Of a stretch of 64,000 nucleotides of DNA, positions 1 through 10,626 are shown one piece after another (the first letter of the stretch is position 1; each line of letters opens with the position of its first letter). The translations under genes were made by a program, and so were the position numbers. The stretch comes from a virus (lineage: Duplodnaviria > Caudoviricetes). The stretch is taken from IMG/VR virus record IMGVR_UViG_3300029305_003510, positions 64,001 to 128,000 of that record. One strand, 5' to 3'. The notes under the pieces are model-generated. The model had not been told where the DNA came from, did not search any database, and saw only the letters and a program-made list of their open reading frames with translations.

Positions 1-1041
1 TGTCTGATCCATTGTCTGCTTTAAATAAGCAGGAAGCATCGCAGAAAGTACCTGGTCCGTAATAAGCTGTAACGGGTTATCGCCAGCAGCTCCAAGAATA
101 GTCTTTAAATCCATGCCACCAGTTGCCATACTAAGCATACTGGAAATACCATATTTCTCGTCAGCATTTTTCTTAATGGTTTTTAGCCAATTCTTGATAT
201 TCAACTCACCATGAACACCAAATAGCTCTTCATCTTTTGGTGCCTCAAACTTCTCCGGTGCAGCCGGAGTTGTGTTGGTTTTAATCTGCGTAAGCAGATC
301 CGTGATTGTCTGTAGCTGACCCATCATCTGCTGGTGTGCTTCACGATTTACTTCCAGCATAGATGTTGCAAAAGAGTTCACCGCTTGCAATGTTGCCGCC
401 TGTTGGGTGACCATGTTCTGAGCAGCATTCATCATTTGTGCATGCTGCTTCAAAGACATACGAATATTCGTTTGTGCATTTGCATTATTCGTATGAACCA
501 TGGCTTGTGTAGCGGTACTAATAGCGCTGATTGTTGCATCGGTACGAATATCAGCACCACGTTCCTGCACTTCGACAAGTTTTACTTCTTTCTCGAATGC
601 GGGATCTACTTCAGGTTCGACATATTCTCCATCTTCATCGAACCCGGTCATGTCAACATCACCAAAACTATCCAACAGGGAATCAATATTTGCACCCCAT
701 TCGGATCGATCTCGGTTAGCAACATAAAGATCTCCAGACTTTAAATCCGACAATGCGTTATTCGCAAATTTAGATAGAGCTTGGAAATTATCCGAATGCA
801 TTGCACGGTCGACGCTCTTATTTAAGCTATCTACAGGATTGCGTAGAAAGCGGGCAGTATCTTCAATTAGATCACGGTTGGTGTCAACCATGCCTGCCAA
901 TGTGGGCATCGACATATTTACGACTTCAGTACCAGATGCGAGGAATAATTTTGCCGTTCCTGTAAAATATTTGCCACCTTTGGTAGCGATGCCTTTCAGG
1001 CGCTGGCGAACATCTTTCACCATCTTATCATTCTCGGCCAA
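1..1041 (-). CDS. N-terminal part of a large virion protein (possibly tape-measure-like); runs off the left edge
   Basis: Open frame from TTG 1041 (SD-like AGGTG upstream) to position 1: MAENDKMVKDVRQRLKGIATKGG..., helical and A/Q/M-rich. Preceded by an AACA-N4-TATA motif at 1072-1083. Product is inferred only. Confidence 0.5.
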   Translation of the reverse strand, partial: MAENDKMVKDVRQRLKGIATKGGKYFTGTAKLFLASGTEVVNMSMPTLAGMVDTNRDLIEDTARFLRNPVDSLNKSVDRAMHSDNFQALSKFANNALSDLKSGDLYVANRDRSEWGANIDSLLDSFGDVDMTGFDEDGEYVEPEVDPAFEKEVKLVEVQERGADIRTDATISAISTATQAMVHTNNANAQTNIRMSLKQHAQMMNAAQNMVTQQAATLQAVNSFATSMLEVNREAHQQMMGQLQTITDLLTQIKTNTTPAAPEKFEAPKDEELFGVHGELNIKNWLKTIKKNADEKYGISSMLSMATGGMDLKTILGAAGDNPLQLITDQVLSAMLPAYLKQTMDQT

Positions 1042-1141
1042 TACGTTTCACCTACTTTCTACAGGGTATAGTATAGGAATGTTCGGCCTAAACCATATAC
1101 CGGCTAGTATAACATAAATAGTTTGATGAAAAAATAAAAGC

Positions 1142-1170
1142 AAATGGGAGCCCATATGGGCTCCCATTTT
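1142..1170. terminator. Intrinsic terminator-like hairpin
   Basis: AAATGGGAGCCC-ATAT-GGGCTCCCATTT perfect inverted repeat with a T-run. Confidence 0.6.
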
Positions 1171-1251
1171 TCTGTATACATATTATATTCATAATGATAG
1201 AATCGAGACCGTTGTGAACTTGCTGGATGTCGACAGCATTCAGCAAAATCC

Positions 1252-1566
1252 ATGTTCACAGAAGGAGATGATCTGAAGGCGCATACTCTCCAAAAGTTGC
1301 ATGCTCGGAACCAGCGTGTTGCTCCCTGTTTAGAAGAATTGCTTCTTCCAGGGTATACACTGGATGATATTTCTGAAACAGCTAAGACTAACGAGTGGAA
1401 CGTGGTGCGGTATATTGAAACCGAGCCATTGGACCCATTCAGAGTCTTCGTAACCCGTATGGCTTTGGCCAACGGCGTAAGTAAACTTACTTTAGCTCAA
1501 TCCTATCACTATGGATGTTATCCGGGAAGTATATTTCAACTTCCCGGGTACATCTTTATTCACTGA
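1252..1566 (+). CDS. Hypothetical protein
   Basis: 104-aa ORF downstream of a TACATATTATA motif, converging on the minus-strand operon. Confidence 0.55.
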   Translation: MFTEGDDLKAHTLQKLHARNQRVAPCLEELLLPGYTLDDISETAKTNEWNVVRYIETEPLDPFRVFVTRMALANGVSKLTLAQSYHYGCYPGSIFQLPGYIFIH

Positions 1567-1873
1567 TGGAATTTTCTTTTTCTAGCAATGACTCCATCTC
1601 AGATTTAGTACCGATGCCTCTGATCGATCCAAATTTCTCGCCACGCCAAAACCGAAAACCGCCACACTTTTCACTGAATCGCATTAACTTTACAAACTGA
1701 ATAGTTTCATTTTCATTCTCTCGTAACATGGGATAAAGTCCAACGATATCACCAGTTTCAGTATCAAGCTGAACTTGTGCTAAGAATACAAAGGTACCGT
1801 CGTCTTCAGCACGACCGTTTAGCATGTCGAGCACTCGTTGAATAACGCTCTTAACAACGTCTGAGATGATCAT
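1556..1873 (-). CDS. Hypothetical protein
   Basis: 105-aa ORF packed directly after the 1880-2383 gene. Confidence 0.7.
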   Translation of the reverse strand: MIISDVVKSVIQRVLDMLNGRAEDDGTFVFLAQVQLDTETGDIVGLYPMLRENENETIQFVKLMRFSEKCGGFRFWRGEKFGSIRGIGTKSEMESLLEKENSISE

Positions 1874-1879
1874 ATGTAT

Positions 1880-2383
1880 TTAACCCTTCTTAGCCTGCTT
1901 CTTCTGCAGAGCCAGAGCGCGGTCAACCACACTCTTCTTATAAGTTACCTTACCGGTATGAGCGCCAGAACGCTCCATCTTCTTTACGGTCAGCTGCAGC
2001 ATCTTCTCACGGAACATGCGCATATTCTTCCCGCATTCGGTATAGATGTACATAGCCTCATCCACAGCATCAGTGACCCACTCAACATCTCGAGCGCCGT
2101 ATTCGAAGCTGTCAATGATCTTGCTACGCTCACCGGCATCGGTAACACCAGCATGCTTCAGCATCTTGTCCATGAACTTCTGCAGACCTGCACCAATGTC
2201 GCACTCTTCCTCAAGCAGAGCGTCATTGCGCAGGAGATACTTCTTAGCCTTGAAGTCCTTATCAGACAGAACTGCATAGACCAGAGTCTGGAAGTCAGAC
2301 TTAGAGAACCTGCTGGACGGATTCTTCTTCAGCTCGTCAACGATCGTATTAACCGCTACGGCCACATTCTTCTTTTCGCTCAT
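1880..2383 (-). CDS. Hypothetical protein, probably highly expressed (possible DNA-binding protein)
   Basis: Strong AAGGAGG RBS, biased codons (CTG/AAG/GGT), basic C-terminus. Confidence 0.75.
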   Translation of the reverse strand: MSEKKNVAVAVNTIVDELKKNPSSRFSKSDFQTLVYAVLSDKDFKAKKYLLRNDALLEEECDIGAGLQKFMDKMLKHAGVTDAGERSKIIDSFEYGARDVEWVTDAVDEAMYIYTECGKNMRMFREKMLQLTVKKMERSGAHTGKVTYKKSVVDRALALQKKQAKKG

Positions 2384-2466
2384 TGTTATAGTTCCTCCTT
2401 AATATTCATTTACATTGGGGAATATGGTTATGGTATTTCTAAACGAGGACTATTTCGCCTCGGGAT

Positions 2467-2757
2467 TCACCCTCCAATAATCACATCACCGCTACCATCT
2501 CGCACAGATCCACCAATCGAGACAGCATCACCGACTCTGGCTGCAGGTCTACCGTTGATAAAAACGCTACTACTACCAGCGGAGATTGTGTCAGAATGTC
2601 CAGGATGTACTAAACACCCGTGAGATGCATAGCTATCTCCGACACGACCTGCACCAAGTCCATTGATCAGTACATCACTGCTTGCTGTGACAAGAGGGAC
2701 AGGAGCACACATATCATGTCCGGTGTTAGAATCACCCAATCTTGTAGCACTTGGCAT
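2467..2757 (-). CDS. PAAR-repeat tail spike tip protein
   Basis: MPSATRLGD, INGLGAGRVGD and INGRPAARVGD repeats; ends GSGDVIIGG. Confidence 0.95.
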   Translation of the reverse strand: MPSATRLGDSNTGHDMCAPVPLVTASSDVLINGLGAGRVGDSYASHGCLVHPGHSDTISAGSSSVFINGRPAARVGDAVSIGGSVRDGSGDVIIGG

Positions 2758-2770
2758 GGAATATACCCCC

Positions 2771-3073
2771 TTAGTTCAAACGAACTATACCACCCTGAGT
2801 TGTAAAGTTTCCGGTAATCGTAACATCAGCTTTAATGTCGATCTTATTTGCATTGATTGTCATATTCTCACACTCAATGTGAATATCACGAGCATTTAAG
2901 TTGAGATCACGAATTTTCAGAATTACATCCAGAGAAGTAAAATCAACACTATCCGGAACGATAATGACCATCTTCTCAGCCTCGTAGATGAGAACGGTCT
3001 TTCCACCCATTCCTTCAAGTTCGGTTCGATATAATCCTTTTAGCGTTGATGCGGGTACACCACTTTCATACAT
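2771..3073 (-). CDS. Probable short central-spike (gp5/gpV-like beta-helix) protein
   Basis: Alternating beta-strand pattern LNLNARDIHIECENMTINANKIDIKADVTITGNFT; immediately upstream of PAAR. Confidence 0.5.
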   Translation of the reverse strand: MYESGVPASTLKGLYRTELEGMGGKTVLIYEAEKMVIIVPDSVDFTSLDVILKIRDLNLNARDIHIECENMTINANKIDIKADVTITGNFTTQGGIVRLN

Positions 3074-3096
3074 GGTATCACCTCCAATATACCAGG

Positions 3097-3462
3097 TTAG
3101 GCTCTGGGGACAAGAACCATAAACCCATCTGTATCACGAACGCCCTCTTTAGTCTTCTTGATCTTCTTATCTTTCACACGCTGATTATAATTAGCTCGGA
3201 TCTTGCCGATCAGATCACTAACCTCAGCGGCACCAGCGTTAATGATTACAGACAGAATCTCTTCATCTCTGGCCTCTTTTCCGTATACAGGAATAGCCAG
3301 CAGAGCCACAATCAGGTCACGATTAACATCTTTCATCACAACCTGAGTAGTCTTTTTACTCTCAGACTTTGCAAGCAACATTGCACGTACATCTGCAGCC
3401 ATATCAATATTCATCCTTTCTCTCGGAGTTATTATTTTGTCTGCTGATAAATCAATAAACAA
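3097..3462 (-). CDS. Hypothetical protein with C-terminal DxDGFxxLxP tag
   Basis: 121-aa ORF (true start may be an internal ATG); ends RDTDGFMVLVPRA. Confidence 0.7.
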   Translation of the reverse strand: MFIDLSADKIITPRERMNIDMAADVRAMLLAKSESKKTTQVVMKDVNRDLIVALLAIPVYGKEARDEEILSVIINAGAAEVSDLIGKIRANYNQRVKDKKIKKTKEGVRDTDGFMVLVPRA

Positions 3463-3499
3463 TGATCTCTTGTGGGTTTAGTAATATTTTAGCACCTCG

Positions 3500-3511
3500 A
3501 ACACCACTATA
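3500..3511 (+). promoter_or_regulatory. Putative late promoter AACA-N4-TATA
   Basis: AACACCACTATA upstream of the RNAP beta-like gene; the same motif precedes most virion operons. Confidence 0.65.
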
Positions 3512-3535
3512 ACGTATACAAATATTGTGTGCTGA

Positions 3536-6500
3536 TTGAATCCTGAAACGAAAGGTTGTGAAGATAACATGGTAAGGGTTGACTATCTGGACCCTTTTAT
3601 GGTTTACCAGACGAAGCCGCCTGTCATTATGCCTGAAACCCAGGGGGATCGTAAGAAGGATCAGGCATATGTCGTAATTGCGCCCACGATTGAACAGGAG
3701 CTTCAATTCCTTTCAACAAATAAGGTGCTATCTTTCCGTTATTTATCGAAGTATTTTGTAGAGAAAAGATGGGACACAAAACTGTATGGAGCCGGACGAG
3801 TAATCACGCTTCCCAATAAAGATGGGGAGCTTTCTAATCTTCTGGGCAGATATCACACAGGAAATCTCAAAGATCTTGATGAAGTCACATCTTTCCTCCC
3901 CACAAATAAAACTGATCTTCTAAAACGTCTGAACGTATTGGTTGAAGTCAACCACGTAACCAATGGTGTATTGACTAACCCGAAAGATAATCGAATTCTC
4001 CGCATGAAAGTTCAAGATTTGATCAAAGAACTTAGTCGGGTAATCGAAATTGACTATCTTGGACCTTATCAGAGAACCATTATTATCCCCATGGAACTCT
4101 GGTTTGATGCTGAGGAATATAACGCACCAGCAAATCTCATGAAACCTATTAGCAAGAATCCTATGGGCGTCTTTCTCGGGATGCTTACCGATGTAAATAC
4201 TCTCAGAAAATTCGGTAATATCATGCTGGTTGATGGTAATTACGTGCTGAAGATGAATGCTGATAGTATTCCTGATAAAGAAAAGGATGACCCGAAAGAG
4301 TTCATCGAAGAGCAAATTACTGCTTTCATGAGGAAAGCTCGTAAGCGTAATCCGGCATATCTTGCTCCTATTAAAGAAATGGACGGAGAAGATGATCCTT
4401 CTACCGTTTCTCTTGCAGTTGCAGCGGAGAAAACACGTAAAGAAATGACAGCTGATAAAGCTATCGAGGCAATCAAAGCTGATCCAGATAAAGTATCTCC
4501 GGAAAAGAAAGAAGCGATTGCTAAAAAGGTTGAAGAGAAAATTGCAGCAAAGCCTGCCAGCAGTTCCTCTTCACCAGCTCCTGCAATGGTTGATGAGTAT
4601 GATAGTGGCACTGATCCTGAGGATGAACTCATTCGTCTGGATGAAGATCTTCCTAAGATTGAGTTCGATAAACCTGGTGAAGCCGATGTTATTCTCTCTG
4701 CAAAAATGTCTGGTAGATCTGTTGCATCTGAGAAACGTAATGAGATGCTGAAAGATAAGTATCGTGAACTTAAGTTCGGTGCTACATCTATGATGGATCT
4801 CATTGAAACTGAAACTGCCGCAGAGATTCCGGTTATCGAAACAAAAGCGCGTACGATTAATCCGGCTCTAAAGAAGCTCTCTGCTCAGCGGTTTGAAGAG
4901 ACCTATGATAAGACCCTGATGCAGCATGACCTTGTCAGTATTCTTCTTCATTTCTCCGGTGTACGTCCTGCAATGTATTTGAATAAAGATATCGAGATCG
5001 AAGATGTTTCGTCCAGAACTGATCGTGTATTAAAATACACGGTTACATTCGAAGATGAAGATCGTAAACGTCATCGGTTCTCATTCAAATTGCCGAAGAT
5101 GTATAAGCATAAATATCTCTTCTTAAATGGACAGGAACTTACGATTACTCATCAGAAGCTGCCATTCCCGATTACAAAAGTTCAGGCTGATCGTTGTCAG
5201 TTGGTAACTAACTACAATAAGATCTTCGTATATCGATATGGTACTGCGCTTTCTCCGAGAATCATTCGACTGAAGAAAATCTTAAGTGGTGAAAATCTTC
5301 CTAACTGTGTCATTCGTAAGGGTGATTGTACATCGATGAACAAATCCCGTCTTACCACGATTGAGTTTGATGAACTTGCAAGCAATTTCGTGAAAATTCA
5401 GATTGGTAAAATGAATGACAATATTTCGTTCTTGTTCGATCCTGATGCTACTAGCGTCATGTTTGATGAGAGAAAAATGCCGACTAAAGTTGATTCTGTT
5501 ACCAGTGATGAACTCGATAAAATCGAAGATAAGACCTTGTTCCCCATTGCTCTCAGAAAAACCAAATCTTCCAATCAGTCTGTAGTGATTCAGTATTGGT
5601 TGTCTGGCACAACCAATCAGGTTTATGATGATAAGGGGATAAAACAGGGTGAACTCTCTGACTTTCTGATTCAGAATCTGATTGAATTCAATCCAAATCT
5701 TGAGAAAGATTTTGCTGATACCAGTGCTGGTAGTAAGTTCATGTATTCTCGTGTAAGGATCATGTCTCAAGATATTCCGCTGATTCTTGTCATGGGTGCA
5801 GCTGATCCTAATGGTCTTATTGGTGCACTAGAGAAGAGTAAGATCAACTACCAATTTGTTGAGAAACGTCCTACCGTTGATAAAAACGTCACTGGCGTCA
5901 TTCCTTTCGCGGATGGGTATTTCGTTTTCGATCGATATCCTTATGAGAACTCTCTGCTGCTTAATGGTCTTTCTACGTTCCCGTCTAAGGAGTATAACTT
6001 TTATGATATGAACATGAGAGACACTTATGTAGATATTTTCGATCTCATGTGTGGACAGAGAACTCTTGCAGATAACCTGCCTGCATTTAACTATATGATG
6101 ATCGATCCCATCACAAAAGAAGTTCTCAATAAGTTGGATATGCCTACAGATTTTGTAACCTTGCTTCATTTCTGTAATGGCGTATTGGCTGACAATTCTT
6201 TCCAGATTGACTCGAACTATGAGAACAGCCGTATTCGCTCTAACGAGATTATTATGGCACATCTCTACAGAGAACTGGCTGTTGCATGGTCCAATTATCG
6301 ATCTGGTAGAACTGACACTTTTTCTATTCCTGAAGATATTATCCTTAAACTTTTACTCACGTCTAAGATCGTGGACCCGAAGTCGAAGTTGAATATCTCG
6401 CTGGAACTTGAAAATGATCGCAATGTGAAACTTAAGGGTCCAAGTGGTATGAATGAAGACCATTCGTTTACGATTGAAAAGCGTGCATATCATCCTACTA

Positions 6501-7888
6501 TGCGTGGCGTCGTTGCTACAAATAGTACACCTTCTGGTGAAGTTGGTATCAATCGACATATGGTTACTAATGCGAATCTGAAAGATGCTCGCGGTTTTAT
6601 CGAAATTAAGAAAGATTCGTATGATGGTACTGAGCTGCTATCTCCCGGTGAGATGCTTCAGCCTTTTGGTCCTGAATCCGCCGATATTGAGCGTCTTTGT
6701 ATGTCAATTTCGCAGTCCAAACATCTCGTACCCGTTGCTTCGCAGTGCTCTTGTCCTGTGTCTTATGATATGGAGCGTATTGCACCATACATGAGTAATG
6801 ATTTTGCGTTTACGGCAAAACAAGATGGTAAAGTAGTAGAGATCTCTGAGGATCTTATGATCGTTCAGTATACTGATGGAAGTTTCGATGATATTGACCT
6901 CTCTGAACATCCAGCTCGTAATACTGATGGTGGTTTCTATATCATGAATAAGATGGATGCTAGACTGAAAGTCGGTAATCGGTTCAAAGCTGGCGATATT
7001 CTAGCTTTTGATAAAAAGACTATCAACGATCTTGATTTCTTCGGTGATCCCTGTGCTAACGTCGGCACACTTGCACGTGTTGCTTTCGAATCTAATGGTT
7101 CAGTCTTTGAAGACTCCGGATATATTACCGATGACTTTGCTCACCGATTTGCAACACAGATCACAAAGCAGAAGCGAGTTATTCTCTCTAAGTATGCTAA
7201 TATCAAATATATTGCTAAGATTGGACAGAAAGTCCAAGCAAATGATCCCATCTTAGCGTTTGATGATACGAAAGATGAATTCTCGTCTCAGCTTCTGGCT
7301 TCTATCACTGATCAGCTTGCCGATGAAGATGAAGTGATTGCTACCAGTGCACCTGTTATCAGTAAGTATACTGGAACAATTAAGGACATTCAGATCATCT
7401 ATACTGTTCCACTGGAAGATATGTCACCGAGTCTCCGGAAGGTTGTTGACAGTTATGCTAAAGATGCATCTAAACGCGAAAAAGTTGTCGGCAAATATCG
7501 TGACATCCGCGATGCGAACACTATCATGAAATCTTCCGAGATGGCTATTCCTGATTCCCGTGGTAAGGTTGCTGGCACTAAGATTAATGAAGGTGTTATC
7601 ATTGACTTCTACATCGAATATGAAGATGTTGCCGGTAATGGTGATAAGGGTTCTATCACTGCTCTGAAATTTACTGTCTGTAATGTAGTGCCGTCAGAGC
7701 TTGCCGGATATACTGAATTCAATCCTGATCGAAAGATTGAAGTATATGTGGCATCGTTTGGCGCATTCAAACGAATGGTTGCGGACGTTGAGAAGATTGG
7801 TATTCTGACTAAAGTTCTTGTCGAGAGTAAGAGAATGCTTAAAGACGAATATAGTCAGAAAATCAAAGATGCATTGAAAAAGAAATAA
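3536..7888 (+). CDS. Phage multisubunit RNA polymerase beta-like subunit (probably virion RNAP) with a long N-terminal extension; start may be ATG 3569
   Basis: RpoB-like motifs in order: KLKGPSG, STPSGEVGINRH, RGFIE, SQSKHLVPV, AKQDGKVVEI, FEDSGYI, GDKG. Lacks the RpoB C-terminus, as in split jumbo-phage RNAPs. Confidence 0.85.
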   Translation: MNPETKGCEDNMVRVDYLDPFMVYQTKPPVIMPETQGDRKKDQAYVVIAPTIEQELQFLSTNKVLSFRYLSKYFVEKRWDTKLYGAGRVITLPNKDGELSNLLGRYHTGNLKDLDEVTSFLPTNKTDLLKRLNVLVEVNHVTNGVLTNPKDNRILRMKVQDLIKELSRVIEIDYLGPYQRTIIIPMELWFDAEEYNAPANLMKPISKNPMGVFLGMLTDVNTLRKFGNIMLVDGNYVLKMNADSIPDKEKDDPKEFIEEQITAFMRKARKRNPAYLAPIKEMDGEDDPSTVSLAVAAEKTRKEMTADKAIEAIKADPDKVSPEKKEAIAKKVEEKIAAKPASSSSSPAPAMVDEYDSGTDPEDELIRLDEDLPKIEFDKPGEADVILSAKMSGRSVASEKRNEMLKDKYRELKFGATSMMDLIETETAAEIPVIETKARTINPALKKLSAQRFEETYDKTLMQHDLVSILLHFSGVRPAMYLNKDIEIEDVSSRTDRVLKYTVTFEDEDRKRHRFSFKLPKMYKHKYLFLNGQELTITHQKLPFPITKVQADRCQLVTNYNKIFVYRYGTALSPRIIRLKKILSGENLPNCVIRKGDCTSMNKSRLTTIEFDELASNFVKIQIGKMNDNISFLFDPDATSVMFDERKMPTKVDSVTSDELDKIEDKTLFPIALRKTKSSNQSVVIQYWLSGTTNQVYDDKGIKQGELSDFLIQNLIEFNPNLEKDFADTSAGSKFMYSRVRIMSQDIPLILVMGAADPNGLIGALEKSKINYQFVEKRPTVDKNVTGVIPFADGYFVFDRYPYENSLLLNGLSTFPSKEYNFYDMNMRDTYVDIFDLMCGQRTLADNLPAFNYMMIDPITKEVLNKLDMPTDFVTLLHFCNGVLADNSFQIDSNYENSRIRSNEIIMAHLYRELAVAWSNYRSGRTDTFSIPEDIILKLLLTSKIVDPKSKLNISLELENDRNVKLKGPSGMNEDHSFTIEKRAYHPTMRGVVATNSTPSGEVGINRHMVTNANLKDARGFIEIKKDSYDGTELLSPGEMLQPFGPESADIERLCMSISQSKHLVPVASQCSCPVSYDMERIAPYMSNDFAFTAKQDGKVVEISEDLMIVQYTDGSFDDIDLSEHPARNTDGGFYIMNKMDARLKVGNRFKAGDILAFDKKTINDLDFFGDPCANVGTLARVAFESNGSVFEDSGYITDDFAHRFATQITKQKRVILSKYANIKYIAKIGQKVQANDPILAFDDTKDEFSSQLLASITDQLADEDEVIATSAPVISKYTGTIKDIQIIYTVPLEDMSPSLRKVVDSYAKDASKREKVVGKYRDIRDANTIMKSSEMAIPDSRGKVAGTKINEGVIIDFYIEYEDVAGNGDKGSITALKFTVCNVVPSELAGYTEFNPDRKIEVYVASFGAFKRMVADVEKIGILTKVLVESKRMLKDEYSQKIKDALKKK

Positions 7889-7892
7889 ACAA

Positions 7893-7923
7893 ATACGAGG
7901 GTGGGACTGTCCCACCCTCGTAT
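7893..7923. terminator. Bidirectional terminator
   Basis: ATACGAGGGTGGGAC-T-GTCCCACCCTCGTAT between convergent genes. Confidence 0.8.
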
Positions 7924-7936
7924 ACTTTTTATATCA

Positions 7937-8818
7937 TCATTTCTTGTGTTTACCCACACGATACGCTGCTGTAATCGTATTACGCATCAACATTGCACGT
8001 GTCATTAATCCAATTCCACCAGGAACAGGAGTGTACCATAATGCATTCTTATATGTATCAGGATGAAAATCACCACACAAATTTCCATCAGCATCTCGAT
8101 TAATACCAACGTCAATAATACCAAATTCGCGATCTGTCGGCACCATATCCGGTGTAATGAAATTCGGCTTACCGACAGCGCTTACAATGATATTCGAATG
8201 TGTTGTATGCTCTTTAAGCTCCAGCGTATGAGAATGGCACACAGTGACAGTTGCATTCTTTTGCATAAATAACTGAGCCAAAGGTTTACCGACAATATCA
8301 GACCTACCGATAATTGTCACATTATAACCATGAATCATATCCAGATTATAGTATTCGAGAAGCTTCCAAATACCGGCAACAGTACACGGCAGCATATACT
8401 CATGCGGTGAGTTATCTGCATACAGAAGTCCCATATTCTCGGTAGTAATACCGTCCACATCTTTGATGGGTGAAATAGTGTTAATGATAGCAGCTCTATC
8501 ACCAGCGCTATAGAACATAGTTGGCAAAGGGAGTTGAACCATAATACCGCTAATCATATCATCCTCATTTAAGGCTTTGATGATAGAAATGATATCATTT
8601 GTGTAATTCTTATCACCGGGAAAAGAGTACACTATAGTTACAATTCCGCATTTACGAGCATCAGCTTCTTTATTTCGTACATAGATATCAGATGCAGCAT
8701 TCACACCAACCTTGATGATAGCGAGACGCGGTCTTACTGTGAACCTCTCTGCATGATCTCTAGTATCTTCCAAGATTTCGTTGGCGCACTCTTTTGCAAA
8801 TAAAATCTGCGAATTCAT
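7937..8818 (-). CDS. folD: Bifunctional 5,10-methylene-THF dehydrogenase/cyclohydrolase
   Basis: YVRNK, GIMVQLPLP, KDVDG, PCT, IIGRSDIVGKP, DVGINR, TPVPGGIG motifs. Confidence 0.97.
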   Translation of the reverse strand: MNSQILFAKECANEILEDTRDHAERFTVRPRLAIIKVGVNAASDIYVRNKEADARKCGIVTIVYSFPGDKNYTNDIISIIKALNEDDMISGIMVQLPLPTMFYSAGDRAAIINTISPIKDVDGITTENMGLLYADNSPHEYMLPCTVAGIWKLLEYYNLDMIHGYNVTIIGRSDIVGKPLAQLFMQKNATVTVCHSHTLELKEHTTHSNIIVSAVGKPNFITPDMVPTDREFGIIDVGINRDADGNLCGDFHPDTYKNALWYTPVPGGIGLMTRAMLMRNTITAAYRVGKHKK

Positions 8819-8822
8819 ATTC

Positions 8823-9221
8823 TTATTCCTCCTCAGAGGTAGTTTTATCCATTACATATCGCTGAGAAACAACGTCATCGGTAAATACTTGATATCCCAT
8901 TCCGGGTTCCTTGATCAACCATTCACCTTCTGCTACAACCAGGAGACGATTAGTATCTTTATTGGATACGACAAGAGTCGGATGCGTCATCCCGTTGATT
9001 TCAGGATTATCATTACCGCTAACCTGACTCTTATTGCGACTAATCATATGCCCTTCGATACCGATAGGATCACCATTAGTCAAAGCGTAGAAATCGTCTC
9101 CGATCCAATTCAGAATATCGAAAAGATTGGAGAGACGGAACTGCACGCCTTCATGTGCAGTGTGGCGAACTTCCAGGGGTCTGATGGTAGATACATTCAT
9201 ACTAGTTGCGATCATTTCCAT
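8823..9221 (-). CDS. Hypothetical protein
   Basis: 132-aa ORF with AAGGAGG RBS, within the operon. Confidence 0.75.
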   Translation of the reverse strand: MEMIATSMNVSTIRPLEVRHTAHEGVQFRLSNLFDILNWIGDDFYALTNGDPIGIEGHMISRNKSQVSGNDNPEINGMTHPTLVVSNKDTNRLLVVAEGEWLIKEPGMGYQVFTDDVVSQRYVMDKTTSEEE

Positions 9222-9235
9222 AGTTAATTACCTCC

Positions 9236-9904
9236 TTAGAATTGGTACAGATCGTAAGCTTTCATAAAGTCATTCATATCAGACTTATAAGTTTCAACAG
9301 ATCCATCTCGTTTATAAACGAGAATCTTGAATTTGAAATCATAGTCTGTATACGCACAACATTGAGCCTGTATCTCATAAACACCCTCCACACCTTTTCG
9401 GTGGAAGTTTATGAAATTGGCAAGCTCATTAATATTATCAATGACAGTATCAGTTTGGTATACGTCCATTACCTCAACTTCACCGTCATATGATGCACGG
9501 AGTTTAAAACTGATAGCAATCTTATCAATCTCCATCAGTCTTAGATATGCTTTTAGAGAAATACGCATATACATATGCTCAGTTGCATTAACCAGCACAT
9601 ATAGATCATCATACTTTTTCTGAAGCTCTTTCAACTTCTTGAGATCAAATCGAGTGCTACTAATAATAACCTTGGGTTTACCATCTTTACTATAAATAGC
9701 AAGATTGTCAAACTTCACAAAATGGAAGTCCTTTACAAAACGGCTGGACTTCCATTTCTTGAGTTTCTTCCAAAGCCAATGCTTCCAAGAACCCTTCTTA
9801 AACTCAGGAGCTTTAATCTCTTTCTCTTTTGATTTCTTATCTTTCTTCGATTTCTCTTCACTCTTACGCGGAACGAGAGTGAAGAACTCATCTTTCTTGC
9901 TCAC
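9236..9904 (-). CDS. Hypothetical basic protein (possible paralog of 9901-10626)
   Basis: 222-aa ORF, GTG start overlapping the upstream stop; begins MSKKDEFFTLVPRK. Confidence 0.75.
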   Translation of the reverse strand: MSKKDEFFTLVPRKSEEKSKKDKKSKEKEIKAPEFKKGSWKHWLWKKLKKWKSSRFVKDFHFVKFDNLAIYSKDGKPKVIISSTRFDLKKLKELQKKYDDLYVLVNATEHMYMRISLKAYLRLMEIDKIAISFKLRASYDGEVEVMDVYQTDTVIDNINELANFINFHRKGVEGVYEIQAQCCAYTDYDFKFKILVYKRDGSVETYKSDMNDFMKAYDLYQF

Positions 9905-10626
9905 AACGTCACCCTTCCTTTCTCGTCTACGTTGATATTGAGTAAATCAAAAATCTTCTGAGGATTACCAGCTACGACATCGTATGTATAGTCATCATAC
10001 ACAACAATAGCTTTCAATGTTATAGTAACCACCTCAAGATGCTCTTTATTACACATTTTAATATAGCGATCAATATTTACGTACATCATACGCTGAATGA
10101 TCTCAAGAGCTTGTTTTAATTCAGATGGCGTATCTATAATGAGATACGGAAATGATGAATTATCTGTATCAGTTGCCAGATGATCTAACACTTTACTTTT
10201 ACCACCAATATCCATCTCAGCTCTGACCCGACACATAATACCAACACGTTTGATATGTCGAACTTTTCTAGAACATTCACATTTAGCAAATGTTCCGGAA
10301 GATCGTTTCCAGTCAATAGTCTTCCCTACATTATTCCAAGCTTTATTTTGCCAAGCTTTCCGATTATATGCAGTGACTAATCTTTTAAACCCGGTATTAT
10401 TCTGATAGTCGCTAGCATAAATACGATATGTAGTAGCTCTGGTGTTCTGTTCACCTGGAGATACTCGGCCTTTCGGATAATATAAATAATTATCACCAAC
10501 AGGTAGACCTTTTCTGGGAGATGCGATTTCACCAGGTTCATTCTTAGAATCAAATGATATATCTGATCCAATTCGTTTTAGAATAATGAACCCATCGTCA
10601 TCTCGATATTGACTCTTTTTACTCAC
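9901..10626 (-). CDS. Hypothetical basic protein with N-terminal DxDGF tag
   Basis: 241-aa ORF with GGAGG RBS; begins MSKKSQYRDDDGFIILKRI. Confidence 0.8.
   Translation of the reverse strand: MSKKSQYRDDDGFIILKRIGSDISFDSKNEPGEIASPRKGLPVGDNYLYYPKGRVSPGEQNTRATTYRIYASDYQNNTGFKRLVTAYNRKAWQNKAWNNVGKTIDWKRSSGTFAKCECSRKVRHIKRVGIMCRVRAEMDIGGKSKVLDHLATDTDNSSFPYLIIDTPSELKQALEIIQRMMYVNIDRYIKMCNKEHLEVVTITLKAIVVYDDYTYDVVAGNPQKIFDLLNINVDEKGRVTL

Noticed and set aside
6580-6612. KDARGFIEIKK in RNAP beta as another copy of the tag
   Set aside because: Internal, and corresponds to the conserved RpoB GFIE motif.
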